Source: Bryobacterales bacterium (GTDB taxonomy: Bacteria > Acidobacteriota > Terriglobia > Bryobacterales > UBA6623). From it: a DNA stretch of 64,000 bases. The stretch covers positions 631 to 64,630 of the forward strand of contig JAJEHF010000085.1 of the NCBI GenBank assembly GCA_022823865.1, given 5' to 3'. The number at the start of each line of letters is the position of its first letter. The first letter of the stretch is position 1. The notes below the pieces were generated by a model that had not been told where the DNA came from, searched no databases, and saw nothing but the letters and a program-made list of their open reading frames with translations. A program made the position numbers and the translations under genes. Of the stretch, positions 45,471-55,600 are shown in pieces.

Positions 45471-45520
45471 TTCGCCGGCCTTGAGATTGGCCGGGGATGC
45501 CTGGGCCGCGGTAGCGTTGC

Positions 45521-47200
45521 CTACAGCGGGTGCGTGACGGCCCCTCGGGACGATGACGAGACGAGCTTCACATACTTGGCGAAGACGCCGGAAGGGTAGC
45601 GAACCGGCCGTGCTTCCAGTGCTGCGAGCCTAGCCGCCAGCTCTGCGTCGGACACTTCGACGTTCAAGCTGCGCTGGGCGCAGTCGATCACCACGATATC
45701 GCCGTCCCTGACCGCTGCGATCGGTCCGTTGCGGGCCGCTTCCGGCGCGACGTGGCCCACCATGAGCCCGCGGGTGGCCCCGCTGAATCTGCCGTCGGTG
45801 AGCAGCGCAACGGTCTCGCCCAGTCCTGCGCCCACGATCGCGGCGGTCACGCCCAGCATCTCGCGCATCCCGGGTCCGCCGGCCGGGCCTTCGTAGCGGA
45901 TGACCAGCACGTCGCCATCCTTGATCGACCCGCTGGTAACGGCCTGCATGGCTGACTCTTCGTTCTCAAACACCCTGGCCGGGCCGCGATGCGTGAGGTG
46001 ATCGCTGCCCGCGACCTTCACTACTCCGCCCTCGGGCGCGAGATTGCCCTTCAGGATCACCAGTCCGCCGGTCGGCTTGATCGGATCGCCGACCGCCCGG
46101 ATGACGTCTTGCCCCGGGGTCTCTGCCGCCGTCGCGCTGGCGTCGGCGAGCGACTTGCCCGTGACGGTGGCCTGCGTTCCATCGGCGTAGCCGCCCTCGA
46201 CGAGCCTCTGTGCGATGAGCTGGATTCCGCCGGCCTTGTCGACGTCCGCGGCCACGTACTTGCCGCCGGGCTTGAGGTCTACCAGCAGGGGAGTTCGCTC
46301 GCTGATGGCGTCGAAATCGTCGATGGTGAGGTCGACCTCGCAGTCCTTGGCTAGGGCTAGCAGGTGCAGCACGGCATTCGTGGATCCGCCGGTTGCGGCT
46401 ACGCTGGCGATGGCGTTTTCGAACGCCTTGCGGTTCATGATGTCACGCGGCCGACGGTTTGCCTTGAGCGCCTCCATCAGGACCAGGCCCGCTTGGTAGC
46501 CCGCGTCGTCCTTGCGCGGGTCGACGGCTGGAATGCTCGCGCTGCCCATGGGCGAAATGCCGATGATCTCCATGGCCGTGGCCATCGTATTGGCCGTGTA
46601 CTGCCCGCCGCATGCGCCGGCGCCGGGGCAGGCATGATCCTCGATGGCCAGCAACTCCTCGTCGCTGATCTTGCCCGCTGCGTGCGCCCCGACCGCCTCG
46701 AACACGTCTTGGATGGTGATGTCGACGCCGTTGACCTGGCCTGGCAGGATGGAGCCGCCGTAGAGGAGCACCGATGGCACGTTGACACGGGCGAGCCCCA
46801 TCGCGCCGCCCGGGATGGTCTTGTCGCAGGCCACCAGCGCGATGATGCCGTCGAACATGTAGCTGCGGCCTGCCAGCTCGATGGAGTCCGCGACAATCTC
46901 GCGGCTGACCAGCGATCCCTTCATCCCCTCGGTGCCCATGGTGATGCCGTCGCTCACGGCGATGGTGTTGAACTCCATCGGCGTGCCCCCCGCGGCCCGG
47001 ACGCCCTCCTTGACCTTCACGGCCAAGTCCCGCAGGTTGAAGTTGCATGGCATCGTCTCGATCCAGGTGTTGGCGATGCCGATGATCGGCTTGGCCAGAT
47101 CTTCGTCGCCGAAGCCGATCGCCTTGAACATCGAGCGGGCCGGCGCCCGGTCCCGCCCGTCGGTGATGGTTGCGCTTGCGTGTTTGAGTGGATTCGACAT
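45521..47200 (-). CDS. ilvD: Dihydroxy-acid dehydratase
   Basis: 559 aa with canonical IlvD motifs ([30 protein letters not shown]). Confidence 0.97.
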   Translation of the reverse strand: MSNPLKHASATITDGRDRAPARSMFKAIGFGDEDLAKPIIGIANTWIETMPCNFNLRDLAVKVKEGVRAAGGTPMEFNTIAVSDGITMGTEGMKGSLVSREIVADSIELAGRSYMFDGIIALVACDKTIPGGAMGLARVNVPSVLLYGGSILPGQVNGVDITIQDVFEAVGAHAAGKISDEELLAIEDHACPGAGACGGQYTANTMATAMEIIGISPMGSASIPAVDPRKDDAGYQAGLVLMEALKANRRPRDIMNRKAFENAIASVAATGGSTNAVLHLLALAKDCEVDLTIDDFDAISERTPLLVDLKPGGKYVAADVDKAGGIQLIAQRLVEGGYADGTQATVTGKSLADASATAAETPGQDVIRAVGDPIKPTGGLVILKGNLAPEGGVVKVAGSDHLTHRGPARVFENEESAMQAVTSGSIKDGDVLVIRYEGPAGGPGMREMLGVTAAIVGAGLGETVALLTDGRFSGATRGLMVGHVAPEAARNGPIAAVRDGDIVVIDCAQRSLNVEVSDAELAARLAALEARPVRYPSGVFAKYVKLVSSSSRGAVTHPL

Positions 47201-47371
47201 GGATTGGCTCGTCGGAGTGAGAAACGATCCCTTTCGTGCCTCTAGGACTCCTCACCAACTCGTTGCGGCGAGGGGCGACCGGGCTTCGGGCGGGGTCTGG
47301 GGCGCGGTGGATGCGGGTGCGGGCGTGGCGGCGACGGCGGGCTCTGCGCAATCCGCTCGGAGGGTTTGCGC

Positions 47372-47896
47372 TCAGGCCGTTGCATAGCGCTCGGCCCAAA
47401 ATCGGTCGGCCTCCCTGTAGCTGCGCCTCGCAAGCGACTTCGACAGCGGCACTTCGAACGGCGCGCGCTCGACAATGGCGGCTTGGCGTGTCGACAGGTC
47501 GTCCCACGCCGCTATGAGGTCGGCATCGTCTCGCGAGTCCACGTCGGCCCAAAGCCGCTCCCACTCGTGCATTTGCCGGGCGAGATCTCGATAGATCTCC
47601 GCGCTGCGGCCGGCCTTCGCCGCGTATTTCCGGAAGGCTAGGATAGTGCCGGCGATGGCGGAAAGGGCGATCGCCGCTGCGGGAACCCATGCCGGGAAGT
47701 GCGACATCAGCGTGAGAAATGCGCCAGACGCGAGTCCGACCGCGCCGATCTGCAGCAGCGAGGACAGCCGCTCCAGCCGGCCGGCCAGATATCCGTAGTA
47801 CCGGCGCATGCCATCGGTGTCGAGCAATCCCTCCCAGATCAATTGCACTGTCTCGTCCGAGGCCTTCATCGCAAAGATCCCGCTCGCTTTCATCAT
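47372..47896 (-). CDS. 2-TM membrane protein with SLATT-like architecture (function unknown)
   Basis: 174 aa. An N-terminal helix (MRRYYGYLAGRLERL), two TM helices (LLQIGAVGLASGAFLTLM and VPAAAIALSAIAGTILAF), then a helical tail. Confidence 0.55.
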   Translation of the reverse strand: MMKASGIFAMKASDETVQLIWEGLLDTDGMRRYYGYLAGRLERLSSLLQIGAVGLASGAFLTLMSHFPAWVPAAAIALSAIAGTILAFRKYAAKAGRSAEIYRDLARQMHEWERLWADVDSRDDADLIAAWDDLSTRQAAIVERAPFEVPLSKSLARRSYREADRFWAERYATA

Positions 47897-48007
47897 AGCC
47901 TCCGGCGCGAGAGCCGCAGGCCGCCGACCACAAGACGATCAGTTTAGCAACGGCCCTGAATCCGCTCGGCCCGTTGCGACTCCAGCCTCTGCGCTAGCCT
48001 GTAGCCG

Positions 48008-48787
48008 ATGATTCGCGGCGTGCTGTTCGATCTCGATGGCGTGCTCTACAACGGCGAGGATCCCATTCCGGGCGCCGCTGGCGCCGTCGAAGAGGTGCGG
48101 CGCAGCGGTGCTGCCACGCTGTTCGTGACCAACACTACGTCGCGACCTCGCGGCGACCTGGTCACGAAGCTGGCCAAGTTCGGCATCAGGGCCGCGCCCG
48201 GAGACATTCTCACGCCCCCGGTCGCGGCGGCCGCTTGGATTCGCAGCAGGGGGGGCGGGGCGGCGGCGCTGTTCGTTCCCGACGGCACTCGCGCCGAGTT
48301 CGCCGGCTTGGAGGCAGCTGATGACGACGCGGTGGGCTACGTGGTCATCGGAGACCTCGGCGCGGCTTGGGACTACTATCGGCTCAACAGGGCTTTCCGC
48401 CTGCTGCACGGCCGTCCCGAGCGCCGCTTGGTCGCGCTGGGGTTGACCCGCTTCTGGCAATCGTCCGACGGGGCCAACTTGGATGTCGCTCCGTTCGTGG
48501 CCGCTCTGGAATGCGCGACCGGCTGCGAGGCCACCGTGATGGGAAAGCCCAGCAAGGAGTTCTTCTTGCAAGCGGCCGCGCACCTAGGGCTCCCTCCGGG
48601 GGATCTGTTGATGATCGGCGATGACCTCCGCGTGGACGTGCTGGGAGCCCAGGGCGCCGGCCTGCGCTCGGCCTTGGTGCGAACCGGGAAGTTCCGACCC
48701 GGCGATCTGGACGGCGACGGGCGCCCCGACTGGGTGCTCGACTCCGCCCGCGATCTACCGGCGCTGCTGGCGAACGGCGATGACTGA
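48008..48787 (+). CDS. HAD-superfamily hydrolase, subfamily IIA (NagD-like)
   Basis: VLFDLDGVLY, TNTTS, GKP, MIGDDLRVDV. Confidence 0.85.
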   Translation: MIRGVLFDLDGVLYNGEDPIPGAAGAVEEVRRSGAATLFVTNTTSRPRGDLVTKLAKFGIRAAPGDILTPPVAAAAWIRSRGGGAAALFVPDGTRAEFAGLEAADDDAVGYVVIGDLGAAWDYYRLNRAFRLLHGRPERRLVALGLTRFWQSSDGANLDVAPFVAALECATGCEATVMGKPSKEFFLQAAAHLGLPPGDLLMIGDDLRVDVLGAQGAGLRSALVRTGKFRPGDLDGDGRPDWVLDSARDLPALLANGDD

Positions 48788-49393
48788 CTTGGTCAGCCCG
48801 AGAACGCGTTCCCGCTCGATCACGGCATCGGGAAAGAGCCGTTGCAGATCTCGCGCCGTGAGCAGGCGGATGTTCTCGACAAAGCCCCGCGCCTCGGCGG
48901 GCGTGGGTCGCTGGAGCCTGCCCCACAGGGTGAAATTTCGCGCGAGCCGCGACTGCCACCGCTTGGGGAGGAAGTGGAACGCGGGCGTCAGGGTGTGAGC
49001 ATCGACCGGGAACCAGCGGTTCGGCGTCTGGACGCTGTAGCCGCGGCCGACGCGCGCCACCTCTCGCGCCATCGCGCTGCGACTGCCCTCGTCGGGCAGG
49101 TGCTCGAGCACGGAGTTGCAGTACACCACATCGAACGCGCCGTCCTTGAACGGCAGCTTGCGGCCGTCCGCTCGGACCCAGTCAAGATCCGCCTTTTTAA
49201 GATCGCGCTGCTCGAAGTTCGCCACGATCACGCGAGGCCGCACTTTCAGCCAAGGCCAGTAGTATTCGGACCCCCCAAGGTCTAGCACGCTGGTCTGCGG
49301 GTCCAGCTCGAAGCTTCGGGCAAAGCGGCGCAGCCGTCGGCTGCGGAAGAACCGTGCCAGCGGGCGGTGGATGTCCGCAAAGCTAGACGCCAT
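48755..49393 (-). CDS. Class I SAM-dependent methyltransferase
   Basis: VLDLGGSE (motif I), FDVVYCNSVLEHL. Convergent 33-nt overlap with the HAD gene. Confidence 0.8.
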   Translation of the reverse strand: MASSFADIHRPLARFFRSRRLRRFARSFELDPQTSVLDLGGSEYYWPWLKVRPRVIVANFEQRDLKKADLDWVRADGRKLPFKDGAFDVVYCNSVLEHLPDEGSRSAMAREVARVGRGYSVQTPNRWFPVDAHTLTPAFHFLPKRWQSRLARNFTLWGRLQRPTPAEARGFVENIRLLTARDLQRLFPDAVIERERVLGLTKSVIAVRQQRR

Positions 49394-49432
49394 GGAAAAT
49401 AGGCCCGCAGGATGCGGTTGGCCGGGCCCCGG

Positions 49433-49918
49433 TCAGCGCCCCACCGAACCCGGAGTCAGCAGCCATGAGAGTTCGGCTCGCGGGTGCGGTCCGGCACTGC
49501 CGATGTCGAGTGCTACGAGGCCGGACTTCTTCAACCACAACGCGCCCGCCCTCGCGCCGAGCAGCCACGCGACCAGCGCGCTCAACTGCGGATTGTGCCC
49601 CACGACCATCACATCGCCGCCAACGGCGTAGTCGCGAATTGCGATCCACAGGTCCTGCGCGCTCACAAACGGGACCAGCGCGTTCGATGTGATGAGCTCG
49701 CCATCGAAGCCCAGTTCGGCCTTGGCGATCTCGGCGGTTTGTGCAGCGCGGTCATACGGACTTGTCAGGATGTACTGCGGCTGCACCTTCACGCGCTTGG
49801 CGTGGGCAAGGACGCGCCGGCACCTGTTGCGGCCGGTCTCAGTGAGCTGGCGGGTGGAATCCGACTGGCCCGGCCTGGGATCTTCGGCGATGGCGTGGCG
49901 CAGGACGTACAGGATCAT
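49433..49918 (-). CDS. sixA: Phosphohistidine phosphatase SixA (histidine phosphatase superfamily)
   Basis: MILYVLRHAIAE (RHG motif) and VVGHNPQLS. Confidence 0.85.
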   Translation of the reverse strand: MILYVLRHAIAEDPRPGQSDSTRQLTETGRNRCRRVLAHAKRVKVQPQYILTSPYDRAAQTAEIAKAELGFDGELITSNALVPFVSAQDLWIAIRDYAVGGDVMVVGHNPQLSALVAWLLGARAGALWLKKSGLVALDIGSAGPHPRAELSWLLTPGSVGR

Positions 49919-49971
49919 TGGCTACAGCCTAGCGCGGATTCGACTCGGCAGGCGTGCTGACGCCCGGCCGC

Positions 49972-50193
49972 TCAACTGCGGTATCGGTACACGATCCTGC
50001 CGCGGGTCAGGTCATAAGGCGACAGTTCGACATTGACCCGGTCTCCGGTGAGGATGCGTATGCGGTGCTTGCGCAACTTGCCTGCGATCTGGGCGAGCAC
50101 TTTGTGCTTGTCGTCAAGTTCGACGCTGAAGATGCCGCCGGGGTGACGCTCGATGATCGTGCCGGTGACCTCGATGCCCTCTTCCTTAGCCAT
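49972..50193 (-). CDS. infA: Translation initiation factor IF-1
   Basis: [15 protein letters not shown]...[33 protein letters not shown] is canonical. Confidence 0.97.
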   Translation of the reverse strand: MAKEEGIEVTGTIIERHPGGIFSVELDDKHKVLAQIAGKLRKHRIRILTGDRVNVELSPYDLTRGRIVYRYRS

Positions 50194-50267
50194 GCAGTTC
50201 CTGATTGTTTCGTGCCGAAGCGACCGTCCTTAGTATCGCAAAGACCGAGAATTCGATCAAACCCGGA

Positions 50268-50291
50268 GATTCGGCGATTCGGCGATTCGGC
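50268..50291. repeat. Perfect 3 x 8-bp tandem repeat (GATTCGGC)3 upstream of infA
   Basis: Read directly: gattcggc gattcggc gattcggc at 50268-50291, 75-98 nt upstream of the infA start on the other strand. Confidence 0.9.
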
Positions 50292-50444
50292 GGGGTGGAC
50301 GACACTGTGTTGGTCGCGGCGCAATCTTAGGGAACCGTCCATGTCGCTCCCTTTGTTTGCCTGCTGGATGGCCGCGGATGCCTTGACACGGCATATCTGC
50401 AAGCCACGCCCGCGTCAAGCCCAACCCCTGTTTCCGCGCCTGCC

Positions 50445-50663
50445 TTGGAACAAAGACGCGCCACGAGTCTGGCCGACATCAGTGGCGTTGGCGACTTGCG
50501 CCCCAGTGCAGTGAGCGCAATCTTCACCAAGGGCGGGGGACCCTCTATCCGTTGCCACAAAGAAGACGATTGCACACACGCCCCCTACTTCCGTCAGGCT
50601 TTCCAAGACTACGGCAAGTGCGCCGCCCGCTCCAAAGTGGCCGAATGCCAGCACCTGCGCTGA
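50445..50663 (+). CDS. Candidate small Cys/His-rich protein (72 aa from TTG); very uncertain
   Basis: ...FTKGGGPSIRCHKEDDCTHAPYFRQAFQDYGKCAARSKVAECQHLR. Diverse composition and about 74% GC3 by my count, compared with about 58% for the antisense frame. No family recognised and no clear RBS. Confidence 0.2.
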   Translation: MEQRRATSLADISGVGDLRPSAVSAIFTKGGGPSIRCHKEDDCTHAPYFRQAFQDYGKCAARSKVAECQHLR

Positions 50664-51062
50664 CTGGCCGACGAACTGATCGAGGTCAGAGAGCAACTTC
50701 CCGAGGTGCGCTTGCGCGGCGTTGCCCCGACCTGTTGAAGGAACAAGGAAAGCTCGCGTAAGGCAGTTCGTCACCGCCATCGACGCCAAGCTCGACCGCT
50801 TCGAAGCTTCCGGCAGCCCCGCTGCCGGGGAGTGCGGCCTGCAGCATGGCGAACATCTGGGGGGATCCGCCAGCGCCGCCAAGGAAGTAACTGCCAGCGA
50901 GCAAGTCGTAGGGCGCAATCGTGGACTCGTCGCGTGCCTTCCGTCGATTCAGGGGGTGGGCGAGCCGGAATGCTGGGGGGCCTCGACGTTGCCGACGCCA
51001 TTCTCGCCTCTTGCTGCTGTCAACTCAGCGACCGCCCCGAGGCCTTCCTGCAGGTTGCGCCT

Positions 51063-52499
51063 TCAATCTCTCGTGCCGGAATCACTGACCTGACCTCTGT
51101 AGCTTGACGCCCATGTTTGTTCGATCTCCTCAAGCGTGCGCCCCATGGTCTCGGGTAGAACCTTCCAAACGAAGAAGAAAGTAGGGAGTGTCCCGGCGGC
51201 CAGCACCCAGAAGGTGTTGGCAGCGCCGAGTGACTCCACCATCCACGGAAACACCTGGCCCAGAAGCCCTGTTGTGCCAAACAGGACCAAGGTGGCCAAA
51301 GCCATCGCCCGTCCCCGAAGCTTGGTGGGAAAGATCTCCGCCATGACGATCCACGGGATCGGACCCAGCGAGAACGCGAACGAGGCGATGAACCCGCTCG
51401 TGGCTACAATCAGCCAAACGCCGTTGACCGTCCCTAGGGAAAAGAACAGGCCCATCAACAGCAACGTCACCAAGACTCCGGCGTTCCCTGCCGCGAGCAG
51501 CAGTCTGCGACCCGCTCGGTCGACCTTCCACAATGCAACCAGCGTGAAGAGCACCAATATGATTCCGATGAACACCTGGCCATCCAGAGCGCGCCCGAAT
51601 GAGAACCCTGCTTCCTCGAAGATCTTCGGTCCGTAGTAGATCACCACGTCGATGCCGCTGAGTTGCGAGAAGACCGAGAGGTAGATGGCGATGAACGTCG
51701 GCTTGGCGAGCGGCCCGGAAAAGAGTTCGCGAAACGCCCCGCCCTCGCGCGCCAGCGCGTTCCGGATTTCCTCGATCTGGGTGCTGGCCGAGGCGCCGCC
51801 GGCCAAGCGGCGGAGCACCTCTTCCGCCTTCTGATAGGCCCCTTGCTTGGCGAGAAAACGGGGGCTCTCGGGAACCAAGAGCAAGGCCGCGCAGAATATT
51901 GCGGCGGGAAGCGCCTCAGCTGCGAACATCCCACGCCAAACCTCGTCCCGGATCCAATTGAATGGTCCATGGCTTGCCGAGGAATCCGGCGCGTCAGCCA
52001 ACTGACGCAGGAGTGCGTTTGACATGTAGGCGCTCAATACGCCGATCGTGATCGCGAGCTGGCAGAGCGCCACCATGCGTCCCCGCACACCCGCCGGAGA
52101 GACTTCAGCGACGTAGAGCGGAGCGATCATTCCCGCAATGCCCACGCCGATTCCGCCGACCAGCCGGGCTGCGATGAGTGCCGAGAGAGTGGGGGCCAAG
52201 GCCGACCCGACCGCAGACACAAAAAAAAGGACTCCCGCTAGAATCAGCGAAATCTTGCGCCCGTAGCGATCGCTGAGAGCGCCTGATGCGGCCGCCCCGA
52301 TGACGCTTCCGAGCAGGGCGGAGCTGACTGTCCATCCGAGCAGAGCTGCGCCCAGCGTGAATTGCCGCTCCAGAGGGCCGACCGTTCCGGAGATGACGGC
52401 GGTGTCGAAGCCGAAAAGGAACCCGCCGAATGCTCCAGTCCCGCAGACCAGGGCCAAGTAGCCAAACTGGGAGGGAGGCAGTCTCACGGATCCCTGCAT
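51063..52499 (-). CDS. MFS sugar porter (sugar:H+ symporter family)
   Basis: Start at an internal Met (MQGSV...). GFLFGFDTAVISG, SDRYGRK, PESPRFL and PWIVMAEIFPTKLRG are sugar-porter signatures. Confidence 0.9.
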   Translation of the reverse strand: MQGSVRLPPSQFGYLALVCGTGAFGGFLFGFDTAVISGTVGPLERQFTLGAALLGWTVSSALLGSVIGAAASGALSDRYGRKISLILAGVLFFVSAVGSALAPTLSALIAARLVGGIGVGIAGMIAPLYVAEVSPAGVRGRMVALCQLAITIGVLSAYMSNALLRQLADAPDSSASHGPFNWIRDEVWRGMFAAEALPAAIFCAALLLVPESPRFLAKQGAYQKAEEVLRRLAGGASASTQIEEIRNALAREGGAFRELFSGPLAKPTFIAIYLSVFSQLSGIDVVIYYGPKIFEEAGFSFGRALDGQVFIGIILVLFTLVALWKVDRAGRRLLLAAGNAGVLVTLLLMGLFFSLGTVNGVWLIVATSGFIASFAFSLGPIPWIVMAEIFPTKLRGRAMALATLVLFGTTGLLGQVFPWMVESLGAANTFWVLAAGTLPTFFFVWKVLPETMGRTLEEIEQTWASSYRGQVSDSGTRD

Positions 52500-52680
52500 T
52501 GTGTGTCGAGAGGCCCGCGCCGCATCGTTGCGGCCACCGCCCTCGGGCATAGTGCAACACAACTGTCGTTCGTTCGGGCGTTGCTCCAAGCACTGCCAGT
52601 CGCCGAAGCGAGGCCGAGTGATCCGCCCGCTTGCCTGAGCGGTCGAGTGTGGGCCGTGCTCCGAGAATCCCGCTCAAGCC

Positions 52681-55600
52681 TCAGAACAGCAGCCTCAGGC
52701 CGAACTGAAACTGTCGGGCGCTGTTGATCTGTGAGTTGATCGTGCCGAAGTCCGGACTACCAAAGGAAGTGTTTGGTGGGCCGAACTGAGGGGTGTTCGT
52801 GAAGTTGAAGAACTCGGCACGGATCTGCAGCCTCACGTCCTCCGTGAATGTCAGAACCTTGAAAATCGACAGATCCAGATTGTTGACCGTATCGCCGCGC
52901 ACTTCGCCGGTCCAGCGCTCGGCGTTGCCGGGGGTCTGCGGCGGCGGCGCCGAGAATGCCGATTCGTCAAAGCGGATTCCTCGTCCGTCAACGACGGCGT
53001 CGATTTCCGCTCCGAGGATGGGACCGCTGAGGTTTGGCCGCTGGCTGCCGTCGGCCAGCTCGGGAGCATCATAGGTCAGGCCCAACGGCAATCCGGACTG
53101 GAAGGTGAGGAAGCCGTTGATCTGCCAACCACCGAACACGGCGTCGAGGCCGGGGCTCCAGCTGCGCCCCACGGATCTGCCCCTGCCCACCGGCAGTTCA
53201 TAGCTCCAGCCGAACACTAGGCGGTGGGGCGTGTCTGAGCCGCCCAAGCCGTGCTCCAAACTCAGGTTCGTGGGATCTTGGATCGGCACCCTGTTCCCGA
53301 GCCATGAGTTGTTTCCCGCGGACGAATCGTCTGTCAACCTCGAGTAGGAGTAGCTACCGACGAAATTGATTCCGTTGGAATAGCGCTTCTCAGTGCGGAC
53401 CTGAAGCGCGTCGTAGCGGGCGCTGGCCCGAGGCTGGTGGCTTCCCGCGAAGGGCCCATCGAACTGCGGAAACGGGCGCAGGAGATTGATCCGCGGGATT
53501 TCCTCGCCGTTGTACGCGGACGAAGCCTCGCGGAAGATGGCTTGGGGGCCTTGGAACAAGGGCAGGAACGGGTTCGGAACTTCCTCGAACAAGCCTTCGG
53601 ACCCGTACTGCTCGCGGGTCTCGCGGCTGACGAAGTTCTGATTGTCTGTTCCATTGAACATCAGGTGCGTGCTGCGGCTGCCGGAGTAGCCGAACTCGAG
53701 CACCATCTGCCCCGGCAGTTCCTGTTGTACTCCAATGCTCCATTGGTAGATCTCGGCGTTCCTGAACTCCGAGAACAGGGCGCCGCTAGATTCGTACCCC
53801 CATTGGTTGGCGGATCCGTACCGGTCCCCTTGCGGCAGGGGAACACCATCGGGGTAGGGGTTCGATAGCGTCGCATAGGGCGAGAAGCCGAAGTCCCTCG
53901 TGGGTTGCCAAACCGCGCTCGAGCGAAACGCAGGACCGCTGTATTGCGTGTTCGTGGCTGGCGAGACCCCGTAGTAGACGCCGAATCCGCCACGAACGAC
54001 GGTCGTGCCGCCCGCCTTGTAGGCGAGTCCGAATCGCGGGGCGATGTTGTTCGCGTCGATGTTGGGGCGGCGGCGCCCCGGCGAAGCGAACACGTTCACG
54101 CCCCGGAGTGGTCCCAGGCCCTCGACGCTGACGCCGGAGTCGACATCCGCTTCGGCGAACTGGACGCGGTTGTGGCGCTCGGTTAGCGGCGTGCTCCATT
54201 CGTATCGCAGGCCCAGGTTGAAGGTGAGCCGCTGCGTGACTCGCCAGTCGTCCTGTGCGTAGAAGGCTGTTTCCTGCGAGCGCGTCGCCATGGACGGCGC
54301 AATGCTGAGGCCTCCCCACGAAAACGGATGACCTGCCCCTGCCAGCAGGGAGGCGATCGAGTCCCCAGTCCTCGGGCTGCCCCCGAATACCCGATTGCGG
54401 GTGGGATTGGGCACATGCTGAAACCAGCCCGCCGGGAAGCCCGGCTGCCAGAAGTTCACCAGAGGCAACCGTACCTCCCCTCCGATCTTGAGATTGTGGT
54501 TGCCGCTGACCTTCGACAGGGAGCTCGCGAGCATCCACTGCGTGTGGGCGTTAACCGTGTCTGTCCAGCCGTTGGTCCCCAGCGGAGCATAGCCGTTGGC
54601 CGTCACACGCGGGAATATGTTGGTGTTGTTGACGTTGACCAGGACGTCCGGGAATCCGATCGATGTCGGATCGAATGAGAGCGACCGCGTGTCAATGAAC
54701 GCCCGGTCGATCCCCACCCGATTCACCCACACGGTCGAGGGATTGACGGTCCAGGTGTGCTCCAGCACGGAGTTGCGCACGGTTCCGTCCGTCTTGCTGG
54801 CGTTATCGGCAGGGTTTCCGTAGATCAGCGGCGCCGAGGACTGGAGCGTCCGCTGGCTGTAGCGGAACGCTAGGCGGGAATTGGCCCGGATGACATGGTC
54901 GAGCTTGATGTCGAACTGGCGGAACGGCGATGAGCCGGTGGCCGTGCCCGTGAAATTGTCCCGTCCGGTCACCGGGTCGCCCGCAGTGTTCGCTTCCGGA
55001 TAGAAGGCCATCAGGTTGCGGGCAACGGGCTCCTGCTGGCTCACGGGAATGACGTTGTCAGGAAACGGGTGCCGCCGAGCGCCCCTCCGGAAGAAGATCT
55101 CGTAAGGCTGATGGATGAGCACGAGCGAACCATCTTGGTTGAATGTCTGCGAAAAATCTCCCGCGCGCTGCAACGCGGTCGGAACCGTTGCGGTCGACGT
55201 TCTTGGAAAGTCGTTGCGCACGTTGTCGATGTCGAAGAAAAAGAAGGTGCGGTCCCGCACGATCGGTCCTCCGACCGCGCCGCCGTACTGGTCGCGCTTG
55301 AAATCCGCCTTTGGATTCCCGGCCCGGTTCGCAAAGAAGTTGTTGGCGTCGAGCGTCGGACGCCGGGCAAACCAGTAGGCGCTTCCATGGAACTCATTGG
55401 AACCCGACTTCGAGACGATGTTGATGACCGTGCCGCCGTTGCTTCCCCACTGGGCGGAGAAGCCGTTGTTCTGCACCTTGAACTCCTGGACCGCCTCGAC
55501 CGACGGCTGGTAGTAGGCCTGCGTGGTCGAGCCCTCGCCAGTCTCAGGGGAAGTGGTCAGGCCGCCGTCCAGCCGGATCTCGGCAGTCGAGTTGCGCTGG

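Noticed and set aside
45475-45494. Hairpin CCGGCC-TTGAGATT-GGCCGG between convergent thrC and ilvD as an intrinsic terminator
   Set aside because: The stem is only 6 bp and there is no U-tract on either strand. This is too weak to annotate.
46443-47933. 496-aa minus-strand ORF, and similar long ORFs: 38032-39984 (-), 11529-12722 (+), 28091-29431 (+), 55069-56208 (+), 5419-6150 (-), 3560-4240 (-), 832-1713 (+), 62222-63355 (+), 35336-35917 (+)
   Set aside because: They overlap well-supported genes (ilvD, cytochrome, enolase, GH29, TonB receptor, ahcY, metK, sulfatase, SDR/enolase, mqnA) in other frames or strands. They have Arg/Pro/Gly/Ala-biased, motif-free sequences typical of shadow ORFs in GC-rich DNA.
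50661-50663. In-frame TGA in the small Cys-rich frame read as selenocysteine, prompted by the tRNA-Sec-like fragment at 1967-1995
   Set aside because: The TGA is not in a CxxU/UxxC redox context. I see no obvious SECIS-like hairpin immediately downstream. No intact selC, selA or selB is visible. A plain stop or a decayed gene is more likely.
50415-50918. 167-aa minus-strand ORF, and 50722-51093 (+), as genes in the infA-MFS gap
   Set aside because: Neither frame has a recognisable family, RBS or consistent codon bias along its length. Coding-like signal switches frame, so only the region as a whole is flagged.
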